Below are positions 6,937-7,720 of a DNA stretch of 7,720 nucleotides, piece by piece. The notes below the pieces were generated by a model. It did not search any database and had not been told where the DNA came from. It saw only the letters and a list, made by a program, of their open reading frames with translations. The stretch comes from Takakia lepidozioides. Its lineage: Eukaryota; Plantae; Bryophyta. Every line of letters starts with the position of its first letter. Position 1 is the stretch's first letter. The position numbers were made by a program, and so were the translations under genes. The stretch covers positions 1 to 7,720 of the forward strand of contig JAKLZA010000131.1 of the NCBI GenBank assembly GCA_030704615.1, in the 5' to 3' direction.

Positions 6937-7720
6937 ACGGAAATACGGCGCCGCATTTCCGTATTGCATCTTGGTCATGCACCAGAGCGACGGAAATGCG
7001 GCACCGAGTTTCCGTCCGGGGGAAACCTTTATACTCTCCAGAACGGAAATGCGGTAACGCATTTCCATCCAGCAAGCACGGTATGTGAAGGTCGAACGGA
7101 AATGCGGTACCGTATTTCCGTTCTGATTGAGATTTATGAACAACGGGAACAGAAATGCGGCACCGCATTTCCGTCCGAGTCGCACTTTTCCGACATTTCA
7201 GAACGGAAATGCGGCGCCGCATTTCCATTTTGTATCTGATGCATGGAGCTGAGGGATAGAAATGCTGCAGCACATTTCCGTCCTTAAAAGACATTCATAC
7301 TCTCCATAACGGAAATGCGGTACCGCATTTCCGTTCTGATTGAGAATTATGAACAACGGGAACATAAATGCGGCACCGCATTTCTGTCCGAGTCGCACTT
7401 TCCGACATTCCAGAACGGAAATGCGGCGCCGCATGTCCATTTTGTATCTGATGCATGGAGCCGAGTGCGATTCCGACAGCTTCATACAGCGCAATTCCGA
7501 CCGCTTGAGACATTCATACTATCCAGAACGGAAATGCGGTACCGCATTTTCGTTCTGACTGAAAATCGTGAACCATCTGAACTGAAATGCGGCAGCGTAT
7601 TTCCATCCGAGTCGCACCTACCAACATTCCAGAACGGAAATGCGGTACCGCATTTCCGTTCTGACTGAAAATCGTGAACCATCGGAACTGAAATGCGGCA
7701 GCGCATTTCCATCCGAGTCG
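6937..7720. repeat. 53-bp-period array of 22-bp palindromes (GGAAATGCGGYRCCGCATTTCC) with 31-bp spacers and higher-order structure; continues past the window edge
   Basis: Cores start at 6939, 6992, 7045, 7098, 7151, 7205, 7258, 7311, 7364, 7417, (disrupted ~7470-7498), 7530, 7583, 7636 and 7689. 7630-7663 is a perfect 34-bp palindrome (CAGAACGGAAATGCGGT ACCGCATTTCCGTTCTG). Confidence 0.97.

Larger units (their letters stand above)
2077..7720 (-). mobile_element. Mutator-like (MULE) DNA transposon inserted in the Gypsy RT; right end lies outside the window
   Basis: Encodes a MULE-type DDE transposase with SWIM finger. Composition switches abruptly to CpG-rich DNA at ~2080. The GGAAATGCGGC motif is shared on both sides of the gene (2189, 2553, 2650 and 6939-7710). 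The left boundary is approximate and no TSD can be tested. Confidence 0.72.

Noticed and set aside
6641-7712. ORFs over the array (e.g. 6641..7294, 7315..7668) with repeated RKCGAAFP / EMRRRIS peptides
   Set aside because: These are translations of the palindromic repeat. They read the same on both strands and rotate through frames because 53 is not a multiple of 3.
6937-7720. True CRISPR array
   Set aside because: Spacers recur in an ordered higher-order pattern instead of being unique. The repeats are loop-less perfect palindromes, no cas gene is present, and the context is eukaryotic (intron, Gypsy, MULE).

Overview
Eukaryotic repeat DNA (spliceosomal intron present; probably plant, which is an inference from element style) with two nested mobile elements. 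(1) 1-~2080, + strand: a decayed Ty3/Gypsy LTR-retrotransposon gag-pol fragment (Gag zinc-knuckle tail, aspartic protease, reverse transcriptase) that stops right after the RT 'LGHIV..GLL' motif. (2) ~2077 to beyond 7720: a large Mutator-like (MULE) DNA transposon. Its - strand transposase gene (about 6425, or ~6600, down to 2913; ~1140+ aa) can be rebuilt by hand across five small frameshifts and one 83-nt GT-AG intron. It contains a GCM-type two-zinc DNA-binding domain hidden in a frame the ORF track does not report, an intact D-D-CxxH-E core, an extra Cys-containing domain and a C-terminal SWIM finger. Upstream of the gene is a CRISPR-looking array of 22-bp palindromes (GGAAATGCGGYRCCGCATTTCC) at a 53-bp period. 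Its 31-bp spacers recur in higher-order order, so it is not a CRISPR. The same motif also occurs at the opposite end of the element. The half-site ATGCGG matches the core of the known GCM binding site, which suggests a transposase encoded next to its own phased binding-site array. All calls come from manual motif reading; no searches were run.
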